64,000 nt of DNA from a virus. Taxonomy: Duplodnaviria; Caudoviricetes. Location of the stretch: positions 1 through 64,000 of the IMG/VR virus record IMGVR_UViG_3300028832_000114; one strand, given 5' to 3'. The notes beneath the pieces were generated by a model that saw only the letters and a program-made list of their open reading frames with translations, had not been told where the DNA came from and made no database searches. Numbering within the stretch: position 1 is the first letter of the stretch; every line of letters starts with the position of its first letter. The position numbers and the translations under genes are program-made. Positions 29,087 to 41,202 of this stretch are shown here, in pieces.

Positions 29087-31006
29087 ATGGCGGATAAAAA
29101 GTTATATACTAAAGATAGTATTGAATCATTATCACCTCTAGAGTTTACTCGTCTTAAACCGGGTGTTTATGCAGGTGATACAACATATTCAACACAATTA
29201 TTAGTAGAGATTGTATCTAATGCTGTTGACGAATATAGACTAGGTCATGGTGATAAAATCAATATTACCATTTCTAATAAAGATAAAGATACTACTGTTA
29301 CAGTTGAAGATTTTGGTCAAGGTTTTATTCCTAATGAAATTCGAGATGACGGTAAATCTGTATTAGAGGCTGCATTCAGTGTATTAAATACTTCAGGTAA
29401 ATATCGTGAAGATGGTACATATGAAGGAACATCACTAGGTTCATTTGGTATTGGTTCTAAAATTACAACTTTCTTATCTCATAAACTAGAAGTAACGACA
29501 TATAGAGATAACAAATATGAAACTGTTATTTTTAAAGAGGGAGTATTTCAAGAAAGAAAAACTGGTAATTTAGTTCACCCATCTGGAACTATTGTAAAAT
29601 GGTCTCCAAGTGAACAATTCTTTACACATACAACAATAGAAGAAAATAAAATTAAAGATTTATTTAACACTATCACTTGTTTGTGTCCTGGATTGACTAT
29701 TAACTTGAATATTAATGGTGGTGAAACTTTAATTCAATATTATTCACAAAATGGTATAAATGATTTAGTTGATGAAGCAGTAAGAAATAAAGAAATTATA
29801 GCTAATAGATTTAATTTAAAATATGAAGAAGGTAAAGAAAAAATAGATATGGTATTAACATATACATCAAATTATTCTTCTATATTAGTTCCTTATGTTA
29901 ATACAGGTCTTACAGAAAAAGGACCTCATATTACGCAAGTTAAATCTATAATTACAAGAGAATTTAATAAATTCTTTAAAGATAAAAAATGGCTAAAAGA
30001 TAAAGAAGAAAATTTAACAGGTGATGATATACAAGAGGGTATGTATATTGTATTTAATATCACAGCCCCTAATGTTGCATATGATGCACAAGTTAAATCA
30101 ACTGTAACTAAATTAGATATGAGTAATTTTGCTACTGTTATTGCAACAAACTTACAATATTGGTTAGCAAATAATGAAAAAGAAATAAAAATAATATTTG
30201 ATAAAGCGGCGGCCGCACGAAAAGCTAGAGAGGCAGCTAAATCTGCTCGTGAAAGAGTTAGAGAAAATAATAAGAAAAAAGAAAAAGCATTAAAATTTGA
30301 TAGTAAATTAGCTGATTGTTATTCAAAAGATAGAAGTAAATGTGAAATCTATATCACAGAGGGTGATTCAGCGAGTGGAAACTTAAAGTCAGCAAGAAAT
30401 AATGAATTCCAAGCTGTTATGCCTGTTCGTGGTAAAATACTTAATACACAAAAAGCTAGTTTAGATAAAATACAAAAAAATGCAGAGATTATGACAATGA
30501 TTGATGCTTTTGGATTGTATATTGATACTAAAACTATGACCGTTACTTATGACAAGAGTAGTTTAAGATATGGAAAGATTATTATTGAGTCAGATGCGGA
30601 TGTCGATGGCGCTCATATTAAAAACTTATTTTATACTTTTATATGGAACTTCTGTCCACAATTAATTGCAGATGGATATATATATGCAGGTGTTCCACCA
30701 TTATATAAAGTAACAATAGGTAAAGAATATAAATATATTAAAAATGATGAAGAATTAGAAGAGTTTAAAAAGACAATAGGCGATAAAAAAATAACTGTAA
30801 ATCGTATGAAAGGTTTAGGTGAAATGTCTGTTGATGAAACAGAGGAAACATTAACTGACCCTAATAATAGAATTATTAAACAAATTACAGTTGAAGATGC
30901 GGAGGCCGCAGATGAATTGTTTAACGACCTAATGGGAACAGGAGTTGTTGCTCGTAAAGAGTTTATAAAAGCTCATAGTGAGGAGGCTACATATAATGCA
31001 GAATAA
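29087..31006 (+). CDS. gyrB: DNA gyrase / type IIA topoisomerase subunit B
   Basis: EIVSNAVDE, EGDSA, PVRGKILN, DADVDG. Confidence 0.93.
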   Translation: MADKKLYTKDSIESLSPLEFTRLKPGVYAGDTTYSTQLLVEIVSNAVDEYRLGHGDKINITISNKDKDTTVTVEDFGQGFIPNEIRDDGKSVLEAAFSVLNTSGKYREDGTYEGTSLGSFGIGSKITTFLSHKLEVTTYRDNKYETVIFKEGVFQERKTGNLVHPSGTIVKWSPSEQFFTHTTIEENKIKDLFNTITCLCPGLTINLNINGGETLIQYYSQNGINDLVDEAVRNKEIIANRFNLKYEEGKEKIDMVLTYTSNYSSILVPYVNTGLTEKGPHITQVKSIITREFNKFFKDKKWLKDKEENLTGDDIQEGMYIVFNITAPNVAYDAQVKSTVTKLDMSNFATVIATNLQYWLANNEKEIKIIFDKAAAARKAREAAKSARERVRENNKKKEKALKFDSKLADCYSKDRSKCEIYITEGDSASGNLKSARNNEFQAVMPVRGKILNTQKASLDKIQKNAEIMTMIDAFGLYIDTKTMTVTYDKSSLRYGKIIIESDADVDGAHIKNLFYTFIWNFCPQLIADGYIYAGVPPLYKVTIGKEYKYIKNDEELEEFKKTIGDKKITVNRMKGLGEMSVDETEETLTDPNNRIIKQITVEDAEAADELFNDLMGTGVVARKEFIKAHSEEATYNAE

Positions 31007-33316
31007 TGATATTTTAAATGAATTAAGCACAAATTTTATTGAATATGCAGTAGCGGTAAACACAGATAGAGCAATTCCTGACGCAACTTGTGGATTAAAA
31101 CCTGTAGCCCGCAGAATTTTATGGGGAGCTTTTGAAAAAGGATATACATTCTCTAAACCTCATGTTAAATCAGCTAAAATTGTTGGAGATGTAATGGGAA
31201 CATATCACCCACATGGCGATAGTTCTATCTATGGAGCTCTTGTAAGATTATCTCAACCTTGGGTTATGAGATATCCGCTTATTGATTGGCACGGTTCTAA
31301 TGGAAATATTGATGGTGATGGACCAGCTCATATGCGTTATACTGAAGCAAGGTTATCAAAACTTGCGGAAGATGGTATGTTAAAAGGAATTAAAAAGAAA
31401 AATGTTGATTTTATTCCTAACTACTCTGAGGACGCTGAAGAACCAGTTACATTACCTGCAATATTCCCTAACTTATTATGCAATCCAAATACTGGTATTG
31501 GTGTTGCGATGGCGTGTAATTTTGCCCCTCATAATTTAAAAGAAGTTGCGGAAGCTATATGCGACTATATTGAGGGCAAAGATCCAATGTTACCTGGTCC
31601 TGACTTTCCAACTGGTGGTGTAGTAATTAATAAAAATGATATACCAAACATTATGAAAACGGGTCATGGTAGTATTAAAATTAGAGCAAAATATAAACTT
31701 GAAGGACAAAATATAGTATTCTATGAAATCCCTTACGGAACATCAACTGAGAGCTTAATTGCAGAAATCGGGGAAATAGCTGAAAAAGATATTCCTGAAA
31801 TTATAAATATTAGAAATGAAAGTAATAAAAAAGGTTTAAGAATTGTAGTTGAATGTGGAAAAGGTATTAATCCAGACTCAATAGCAAATAAATTATTCTT
31901 AAAAACTGATTTACAAAGTAGTTTTTCATATAATCAAGTTGCTTTAATTAATAAAACTCCAACAGAAGTTAATTTAAAAGATTGTATTAAATTATATTTA
32001 GACCATAATATTAATTGCTTAATTAAAGAAACCGAATATGATTTAAATGCTGCGGAAGCCCGCCTAGAGATTGTAGATGGATTATTAAAAGCATTAGCAG
32101 ATATTGATAATATAATTGCTTTTATTAAGAAATCTGAGTCAAGTGCAGCCGCACGTGATGGTTTAATTAAAGAATATAAATTTACTGAACCTCAAGCAAA
32201 ATCAATTGTTGCTATGAGATTAGGTAGTTTGGCTAAACTTGAAGGTGTTGAGCTTAATACAGAAAAAGCTGATTTAATAAAAGATATTAAAAATTATAAT
32301 AAAATTTTATCTTCAAAAGATAGTCAAATAGAAATTATAAAAAATAAATTAAATGAATTAGTTAAAAAATATGGTGATGATAGAAGAACTGAGTTAGCAC
32401 AAATTGATATTCCAAAAGAAGATAAGGAAATTCAAGCCGTTGTTCCTGAAGATGTTGTAGTTATGTTATCTCAATCTGGAGATATTAAGCGTATTCCTAA
32501 ATCAAGTTTTAGAACCCAAAGAAGAAATGGTAAAGGTGTTAAATCAGAAGATGACGCAGTATTAGCATCTATCAGAACCAACACTATTGATAATTTATTA
32601 TTATTTACTAATAAAGGCAAAATGTATAAAATATTAGTTGATAAATTACCTGTTGGAACAAACGCTTCAAAAGGTCAAAATATTGCTAGTTTAGTATCAA
32701 TAGAATCAGATGAAAAAGTAATGGCGGCAGCATCATTAGATAAGGTGTAGATGCAGATTATGTTGTCTTTATCACAAAACAAGGAATTGTTAAAAAGTCA
32801 TTATTATCTGAATATACGGGTCTTAAAAAATCTACTGGAGCTCAAGCTATTAAGTTAAAAGATGGTGACAGTATTGCTAATGTTCTATTTATGAAAGATG
32901 AAGATTTAATTTTAGTATCTAAACAAGGTATGATGATTAGATTTACTACAAGTGATATTGCCCCTATTGGAAGAGTAACCACTGGTGTAAAAGGAATTAG
33001 ATTAAATGAGGGAGATGAAATTCTAACCGGAGTTATGCTTAAAGGTGGAACACATCTAGTCCTAATTAATAAAAGTGGAACTGGTAAAAAATGTTTATTA
33101 ACAGAATTTACTCCTCAAGGTAGAGGCGGTAAAGGAGTTAAGGGTTGCGGTGAAGAATTAGCTGGTGCCGCACTGGTTAATAATGAAGATAGTTTATTAT
33201 TAATTGGAAAACCTAATAGTATATGTATTGATGCAAGTGAATTGCCAGAACAAGGTAGAACTACTATTGGTGTAAAGATAGCTAAAAATGAAATTAAAAA
33301 TGTTGTTAAACTATAA
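30978..33316 (+). CDS. gyrA: DNA gyrase subunit A, interrupted by a -1 frameshift near 32743
   Basis: HPHGDSS, MRYTE, GyrA-box-like QRRNGKG; pinwheel repeats continue in the frame of ORF 32891-33316. Confidence 0.88.
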
Positions 33317-33378
33317 CAACATTTTTTATTATTCTTGAAAATACTGAAAAAATATTATATAATATATTTATAAGGGAA

Positions 33379-35319
33379 GTGATATATATGGAAAACGAAA
33401 TAAGAAATTTAATTGATAAATTAAATTATTATACAAAATTATATGATGAAGGACATCCAGCAATAACTGATCAACAATGGGATATGTTATATTTTCAATT
33501 ACAAAAAATGGAAAATGAATCTGGTATATATTTTTATGATAGTCCAACACAATCAGTTAATTATCAAGTAGTTAATAAATTAAATAAAGTAAAACATAAT
33601 CACCAAATGTTATCATTAGATAAGACAAAAGATATAAATGTAATTAAATCTTTTATTAGTGGAAAAAATTATATCGCTATGGCTAAAATGGACGGACTAA
33701 CTTGTTCACTTCACTATTTAGATGGTAAACTTATATCTGCAGAAACCCGCGGAAATGGTATTGAGGGTGAAGATATTTTACATAATGCTTTACAAGTAAA
33801 AAATATTCCTAATAAAATTAATTATAAAGAAGAATTAATAGTAGATGGCGAAATAATTTGTACTTATAAAGATTTTAAAGATTTTGAAACTGAATATAAA
33901 AATCCTAGAAATTTTGCTTCAGGAAGTATTAGATTATTAGATAGCAAAGAAAGTTCTTCTAGACATCTTACTTTTATTGCGTGGGATTGTATTAAAGGTT
34001 TTGATAAATTTGAAACATTAGCTGGAAAATTATATCAATTATCATTAATTGGTTTTACCGTTGTTCCTCAAGCACCAGAACATATAAATTTAGAAGAACA
34101 AATAAATCATATTATAGACTGGGCAAAAGAAGAAGGATATCCAATTGATGGTATTGTATTTAAATACAATAATTGCGATGAATATGAAGCTGCAGGTAAA
34201 ACTGACCATCATTTTAAAGGTGGTTTAGCATATAAATTTTATGATGAAGAGTATGAAACTCAATTAATAGATATAGAATGGAGTATGGGCAGAACTGGAG
34301 TTCTTACGCCTGTTGCTATATTTGAACCTGTCGAAATAGATGGTACTGAGGTATCAAGAGCAAGTTTACATAATATTAGTATTATTAGGGATTTATTTGG
34401 TCAAATACCTAAAAAAGGACAAAAAATATGGATATACAAAAGCAATATGATTATACCTCAAATATCAAAAGTAGAAAAATACAAAGAAACAGGAGAAGAT
34501 GATTTAAAATATCTTAATCCCCCTACCATATGTTCTATATGTGGAGAATCTACACAATTATCTGGCGATAATGATAGTATATTTTTAAGTTGCGGCAATC
34601 CACATTGTCAAGGTAAGTTTATAAACCGTTTAGACCACTTTTGTGGTAAATCCGGTTTAGATATAAGAGGGCTTTCAACGGCAACTCTCGAGAAACTTGT
34701 GAACTGGGGCTGGATTTCTAATTATGTAGATATATATAAATTAGAAAACAAGTCAAATGAATGGAAAAACAAAGCTGGTTTTGGAGAAAAGTCAGTAGAG
34801 AGGATCTTGGAAGCCATCAACAATAGTAAACATCCAACTCTTGAAGCAGTAATTGCGGCAGCGGGTATTCCTTTGATAGGACGCGCTGTTGCGAAAGAGT
34901 TGTGTAAATATATTAAAACCTATGAGGATTTTAAAAATAAGATTAACTCAGGTTTTGATTTTACTGAATATAATGGATTTGGTGAAGCTATGAAAGATGC
35001 TTTATTAAACTTTGATTACACAGAGATTGATGAAGTAGTAAATCAAATGCTTAATATTCAAACAGATATACAAAAAAATAATAGTAATAAGTTAGATGGA
35101 CTTGTATTCTGTGTTACAGGAAAAGTTCATCTATATAAAAATAGAGATGAATTAAAAGCAGATGTTGAAAATAAAGGCGGAAAAGTTGTTAGTTCAATGA
35201 GTAGCAAGGTTAATTATCTTGTTAATAATGATATAACTAGCACATCTAGTAAAAATATTGCCGCCCAACAAATGAATATTCCAATTATTACGGAAGAAGA
35301 ATTACGATTAATGTTTTAA
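33379..35319 (+). CDS. ligA: NAD-dependent DNA ligase
   Basis: KMDG, TRGNG, NPRN, Zn finger, BRCT. Confidence 0.95.
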   Translation: MIYMENEIRNLIDKLNYYTKLYDEGHPAITDQQWDMLYFQLQKMENESGIYFYDSPTQSVNYQVVNKLNKVKHNHQMLSLDKTKDINVIKSFISGKNYIAMAKMDGLTCSLHYLDGKLISAETRGNGIEGEDILHNALQVKNIPNKINYKEELIVDGEIICTYKDFKDFETEYKNPRNFASGSIRLLDSKESSSRHLTFIAWDCIKGFDKFETLAGKLYQLSLIGFTVVPQAPEHINLEEQINHIIDWAKEEGYPIDGIVFKYNNCDEYEAAGKTDHHFKGGLAYKFYDEEYETQLIDIEWSMGRTGVLTPVAIFEPVEIDGTEVSRASLHNISIIRDLFGQIPKKGQKIWIYKSNMIIPQISKVEKYKETGEDDLKYLNPPTICSICGESTQLSGDNDSIFLSCGNPHCQGKFINRLDHFCGKSGLDIRGLSTATLEKLVNWGWISNYVDIYKLENKSNEWKNKAGFGEKSVERILEAINNSKHPTLEAVIAAAGIPLIGRAVAKELCKYIKTYEDFKNKINSGFDFTEYNGFGEAMKDALLNFDYTEIDEVVNQMLNIQTDIQKNNSNKLDGLVFCVTGKVHLYKNRDELKADVENKGGKVVSSMSSKVNYLVNNDITSTSSKNIAAQQMNIPIITEEELRLMF

Positions 35320-35604
35320 TACATTGATACTATAAAAATTTTTGTATATAATATTAGTATGAAAGATAAAGAAATTGAAGAAATAGCCAAATATTTTTAT
35401 GAATTAGAATTGCAATATCAAAGCAATCCTCAAGACCAAACTATTATTAATCGTTTAGAGGAATTGACCGAGCATCTTTCACTCGAAGATATTCTTGCAA
35501 TAAGTGATTACTTAGATGAACATTTTCATTGAAACAATAAAAATTTTTAGTTATAATATTCATATAAAAAAATAAAAGGTTTAAGAAAAGGAGAAAAGAA
35601 GATT

Positions 35605-35874
35605 ATGTTAAAACCAAATAGTAAATTAGTTTTTGATTATGTAAAAGCACATGGAAGCGAAAATATTACAGCTAATGATATCGCTGAAGGAACTGGATTA
35701 GCAGTTAGAAGCGTAAACGGTATCGTTACATCAGCATTCCAAAGAAAAGGATTAATGGAAAGAGTTCCTGCTGAAATCGAAATGCCAGATGGTACTCATA
35801 AAGCTATTAAGTTAATCAAACTTACTGCTGAAGGAGAAGATTTCGATCCAGAAGCTGTAGAAGAAGCTGAATAA
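35605..35874 (+). CDS. Small wHTH DNA-binding protein
   Basis: TANDIAEGTGL.VRSV HTH-like. Confidence 0.6.
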   Translation: MLKPNSKLVFDYVKAHGSENITANDIAEGTGLAVRSVNGIVTSAFQRKGLMERVPAEIEMPDGTHKAIKLIKLTAEGEDFDPEAVEEAE

Positions 35875-35894
35875 TTATAAATGGATTATTAGGA

Positions 35895-35925
35895 GGAGTT
35901 GGGTTTAACCCAGCTCCTTTTTATT
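35895..35925 (+). terminator. Intrinsic terminator
   Basis: GGAGTTGGG-loop-CCCAGCTCC then T run. Confidence 0.7.
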
Positions 35926-35938
35926 TTAGGAGAGAGAA

Positions 35939-36865
35939 ATGAAAGATTTTATAACTATATTTTTTGGTATAATGTGTTGTATTCTATTTGTAATATTAAT
36001 ATTTAAAAAATGAAAAATTTATGAAGTTAATAAAGATATAGAAAATTATAATGAAAATTTAAGAAGAGAAAGAGATTTAATTATTGAAGATATACACACT
36101 TTAAATAATTCAAAACTAGAAAAAAGTAAAGAATTAGAAAAATTAACTGATATAACTAAAGATATTAATGCCGCCGCCTATGACGCTTTTTCTCAATATT
36201 GTGAGTCATTAGATACTAAATATAAATTAACAGAAGAAGAGTATGATGATGCTATTGAATCATTAGAAGAAGCATATGATGAAATACAAAAAAATTTAAT
36301 GGCGGAAATAGATAATATAAAAAAAGATTTAAAGAAAATCTCTGCAACACGTGCTGCCGCAATGGAGGCTCAACTTAAAGAACAAGAGGTTAAAGATAGA
36401 CAAACATTCTATTGTCCACAAATTCCTGAAGCTGATCTTAAAGATGCTAAAACTCTACACGATATAGAATATAAATTAAACAATCCTCGTATATTGCGTA
36501 TGTTAATATGACAATCTTATTATCAAAAGCCAATGAATCAAGTATGTGCTAACGTATTAGGCGGCAATACTGCAGAAAAGTGCGGCATATATAAAATTAC
36601 AAATCAAAAAACTGATTTGGTATATATAGGTCAAGCTGTTGATATAGCCACTCGTTGGAAAAATCATGCGAAAGCCGGTCTAGGGATCGATACTCCCGCA
36701 AATAATAAACTATATAAAGCTATGCTAGATGATGGACTAGAATCATTCTCTTTTGAGGTTTTAGAAGAGTGTAGCCGCGATCAACTTAATGAAAAGGAAA
36801 GATTTTATATTCAACTTTATCAATCCGACCTATATGGTTATAATAGCCAATCTGGGAATAAATAA
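35939..36865 (+). CDS. Membrane-anchored coiled-coil protein with C-terminal GIY-YIG nuclease (joined through two TGA)
   Basis: N-terminal hydrophobic helix; GIYKITN..VYIGQ..RW..H, GYN. Confidence 0.75.
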
Positions 36866-37070
36866 GTAGTTTTGATAACTATTTATTTTTTTTATATAAT
36901 ATATATATGAAAAGAAATAAATTCTAAAACCGTGAAAAGAGTACAGATTTGACATCTGTAAAATTTTTTGGTATAATTATTATGAGAATAATTGTAAATC
37001 ATAAAGATAAATAAAAGATTAAGATTTTAGAATTATTTGAAAAGAAAATTTAAAGAAAAGGAGAAAAAGA

Positions 37071-38006
37071 ATGAGAAAAGCACAAAACACAGAGAGAATT
37101 GAAGGTAGAATTTATCAACATGATTTAACGGTTAAGCAAGTTCAAAACCAAGCATCTGAAAATTTTGGTAAAGATTTCATAGCTGGTAATATCGAAGTTG
37201 CAACTGATGACGAAATGTTAAATGTTATCAAGGTTCACTTCACTTATGTAACTGAAACTAATAAGAATGGAGTTAAGAACGCAACTTATGCAACTTTAAA
37301 GAAAATTATTGATGAAAATAAAACTTGCGTTACAGTTGGAAAGGATACAGCAACAAAAGTTAGAATTGATACTGCATTAGCATTAAATGACTTCTATAAT
37401 AATAATGATGAGTTAGTATCTGCAAAAACAAATGAAGGCGGATTTGTAACAATCATTAATGAATTAGGAGAGCCTAAAGAAAGAAACACATTCTCAGTTG
37501 ATATGGTTATCACAGGTGTAACACATGTAGATAAAGATGATGAGAAAAATATTAAAGAACATGCATTAGTTAAAGGAGCAATCTTTAACTTCAGAAATGA
37601 TTTATTACCTGTTGAGTTTAAAGTTGAAAATGAAGCTGGTATTAAATATTTTGATGATTTAGGAGCTTCAGGTTCTGAACCAGTATACACAAGAGTTTGG
37701 GGAAAGATTATATCTGAAACTAAAACTACAACTCAAGAAGTTGAAAGTGCATTTGGTGAGGCAGCAGTTAGAACATATAGAAACACAAATAAAGAATGGG
37801 TTATCACAGGAACTGCAAAAGTACCTTATGATTTTGGTGATGAAAATATCTTAACTGCAGAAGAATTAACTAAAGCAGCTCAAAATAGAGAAGTTTATTT
37901 AGCAGATGTTAAAAAAAGAGCAGAAGAATATAAAGCTAGTCGTGCAGCAGGAACAGCTCCAGCAGCAGGAACTACAGCTACTAAAACAGCAGAATTTAAT
38001 TTTTAA
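37071..38006 (+). CDS. Putative phage ssDNA-binding protein
   Basis: Beta-rich, next to Sak4-like ATPase, C-terminal EFNF tail. Confidence 0.55.
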   Translation: MRKAQNTERIEGRIYQHDLTVKQVQNQASENFGKDFIAGNIEVATDDEMLNVIKVHFTYVTETNKNGVKNATYATLKKIIDENKTCVTVGKDTATKVRIDTALALNDFYNNNDELVSAKTNEGGFVTIINELGEPKERNTFSVDMVITGVTHVDKDDEKNIKEHALVKGAIFNFRNDLLPVEFKVENEAGIKYFDDLGASGSEPVYTRVWGKIISETKTTTQEVESAFGEAAVRTYRNTNKEWVITGTAKVPYDFGDENILTAEELTKAAQNREVYLADVKKRAEEYKASRAAGTAPAAGTTATKTAEFNF

Positions 38007-38018
38007 TAGGAGAACCAT

Positions 38019-39041
38019 ATGGCTATAAATTTATTGGAAATTGAACCACATAAGGTTAGCCGCGATTTAAAAGGATATTCAGTATTCTTTTATGGAGAAC
38101 CAAAGAGTGGGAAGACAACTACTGCCGCCCACTTTCCAAAAGCTCTATTACTAGCTTTTGAAAAAGGTTATAACGCAATCCCAGGAATTATGGCTCAACC
38201 TATTAATAAGTGGTCTGAATTTAAAAGTGTATTAAGAGAATTAAAAAAAGAAGAAGTAAAACAAAAATTTGAAACAATTATTATAGATACTGCGGATATT
38301 GCATATGATTATTGCACAAAATATATTTGTGATAACACTAAACGCCCAGATGGTTCATTTGGAGTAGATTCTGTAAGTGATATACCTTATGGTAAAGGTT
38401 ATGGAATGGTTGGACAAGAGTTCGACGAGTGTTTAAGAAGTATTGTTCAAATGGATTACGGTCTAGTTATTATTTCTCACGCAACTGATAAAACATTTAG
38501 AAATGAAAGTGGCGAAGAATATAATCAAATCGTTCCAACATTAGACAAAAGAGGAACAAATATAGTTTCAAGAATGGCAGATATCATTGGTTACTCTAGA
38601 ATTGTAGATACAGAAGCTGGAGAAAAAACAATGTTATTTATGAGAGGAACTAATAGATATATGGCGGGATCAAGATTTAAATATACCCCTGACTATATTG
38701 AATTTAGTTATGAAAATTTAACAAATGCTATTGCTGACGCTATTGATGCTCAAGCTAAAGAAGATGGACAACAATTCTTCACAAATGAAAAAAGCAATTT
38801 ATATTTAAAAAAGGATAACGAGTTGGATTTTGATAAATTAATGTTAGAGTTCCAAGATGTTATTAATAGAATAATTAAAAAAGCTAACTCTGAGGAAGTA
38901 TTCCAAAATGAATATACTCCAAAAATTACTCAAATTACTGATAAATATTTAGGTAGAGGAAATAAAGTTAGTCAATGTTCAAGAGAACAAGTAGAAGCAT
39001 TATCTCTAATTGTTGAAGAACTAAAAGAATTAGAAAAATAA
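38019..39041 (+). CDS. Sak4-like / AAA_24 ATPase
   Basis: YGEPKSGKTT, IIIDT, IISH. Confidence 0.8.
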   Translation: MAINLLEIEPHKVSRDLKGYSVFFYGEPKSGKTTTAAHFPKALLLAFEKGYNAIPGIMAQPINKWSEFKSVLRELKKEEVKQKFETIIIDTADIAYDYCTKYICDNTKRPDGSFGVDSVSDIPYGKGYGMVGQEFDECLRSIVQMDYGLVIISHATDKTFRNESGEEYNQIVPTLDKRGTNIVSRMADIIGYSRIVDTEAGEKTMLFMRGTNRYMAGSRFKYTPDYIEFSYENLTNAIADAIDAQAKEDGQQFFTNEKSNLYLKKDNELDFDKLMLEFQDVINRIIKKANSEEVFQNEYTPKITQITDKYLGRGNKVSQCSREQVEALSLIVEELKELEK

Positions 39042-39044
39042 TAC

Positions 39045-39070
39045 AGGACGCAGATTAATGCGTCTTTTTT
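39045..39070 (+). terminator. Intrinsic terminator
   Basis: GACGCA-loop-TGCGTC then T run. Confidence 0.7.
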
Positions 39071-39135
39071 GATTTATTATAAAATAAGTAGTATAATATT
39101 ATTAGATATGAATATGTTAAAGAGGAGGTGCGGAA

Positions 39136-39657
39136 ATGGCTAAACTACTCGCTAAATGTTACTATTGTAATCAGCAATTTGACAGAAACAAAGAAGAATG
39201 AGTATCTGTAAATGCAAGAAGATATGCACACAAGTCTTGTCATGAAAAAGCTCAAGCTGGTAAAAGTCAAGATGAAAAAGATTATGAAGAACTTATTAGC
39301 TATGTTAAACAAAAATTTGGCTATCAAACTATTCCCGCAAAAATCTCCAGACAAATAACAGATTATAAAAAAGCTTATAACTTTACATATAGCGGAATGT
39401 TAAAAGCATTAAAATGGTGATTTGATATTAAGGGCAATACCTTGGAGGGTACAAATGGCGGTATAGGAATTTTACCCTATATATATAATGATGCAAGAAC
39501 ATACTATTATGGTTTATACGTTGCTAAATTAGTAAATGAAAATAAAGATTTAGAGCATTATAAAACTAAAGTTGAAATTGTAGAGATTGCACCTCCACAA
39601 GTTTATGTGCAACCGCCGCGTTTATTTAATATAGAGGGAGAAGATGAAAATGAGTAA
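39136..39657 (+). CDS. Zn-finger protein upstream of helicase (joined through two TGA)
   Basis: CYYC...H..C; GAGGAGG SD. Confidence 0.7.
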
Positions 39658-41185
39658 GTATGTAGATATTCCAGCTATTGTTCAAGTTATAGGTAATATA
39701 TATTTGAATCCAGGATTATTAGATAATGAAAAATATAAATTTTATGAAGAAGATTTTCCTAATGAATTTCATAAAGTTATATTTGGAAGTATTTATAATT
39801 TACATGCTCTTGGAGCAAAAGAAATAAATATAAATACAATTGAAGATTATTTATATAACCGTCCAAAATCATATGGCGTGTATCAAAATAATAATGGTAA
39901 AGAATATTTACAAAAATTATCTGATACAGTTCAATTAGCAACATTTGATTATTATTATAGTCGAATGAAAAAAATGACATTATTAAGAATGTATGATAAA
40001 ACTGGACTAGATTTAAAATGGTTATATGATCCAGATAATATATTAGATAGTAAAAAGAAACAAGCACAAGAGGATTGGTTAGATAACACCTCTCTTGAAG
40101 ATATAGCCGAAAGTATAGATAAAAAAATAGTTGATATAAAATTAAAATATGTAGATGGAACAGATGAAGAATATGTTCAAGCTGGAGATGGAATCACAGA
40201 TTTGATTGAGAGATTACAGCGTAATCCTGAAGTTGGTTATCCATTATATGGACCTCTAGTTAATACAGTTACAAGAGGAGCAAGATTAAAAAAACTATAT
40301 TTAAGAAGTGCGGCAACCGGTGTAGGAAAGACAAGGGCGATGATCGCTGACGCATGTAACATAGCCTGTGATGAAATATGAAGTGCGGAAACAAATAAGT
40401 GGGAAGTTAATGGAACGAAAGAACCTACATTATTTATAACTACCGAGCAGGAAGTTGATGAAATTCAAACAATGATGTTAGCGTTCTTATCAAATGTTAA
40501 TGAAGCACATATTATATATAATAAATATGAGAACGATGAATTTGAACGCGTTATGCATGCGGCAAATCTTATTAAAAACTCACCGCTTCATATAAAGAGA
40601 TTACCTGACTTCAGTTTGCAAGATATTGAAAATGCAATAAAATATGGTATTCACGAATGGGGTATTAGATATGTATTCTTTGATTATCTACATACATCAT
40701 TAAAAATCTTAGGTGAAGTATCATCTAAGGCAGGAATAAAGGGTTTAAGAGAAGATAATGTTCTCTTTATGATAGCAATAAGATTAAAAGATTTGTGTAA
40801 TGAATATGGTGTCTTTATTATGACATCAACACAGTTAAATGCAGAGTATACAACAGCACAACAATATGACCAAAACTTATTGCGTGGTGCAAAATCTATT
40901 GCAGATAAGATTGACTACGGTGCGATTATGCTACAAACTAGTCAAGAAGATAAAGAGGCATTAAAGCCAATATTAGTTAAGCAAGGCTTCCCTGAACCAA
41001 TTATTAAAATGTCTGTTTATAAGAATAGACGAGGACAATATAAAGACATATTATTATGGTGTAAAGCAGATAGGGGTACTTGTAGAATAGAACCTATGTT
41101 TGCTACAACATATCAATATGAACTTGTTGATTTACCTGATTTAAAAATTAAGATAAATCCTAGTATGTCAGCAAGTGCATTTTAG
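39644..41185 (+). CDS. DnaB-like replicative helicase (TGA=Trp at 40379-40381)
   Basis: SAATGVGKT, FFDYL, TSTQLN, KNRRG; track fragments in the same frame. Confidence 0.9.
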
Positions 41186-41202
41186 GAAAGGAGAGTGCGG
41201 CA

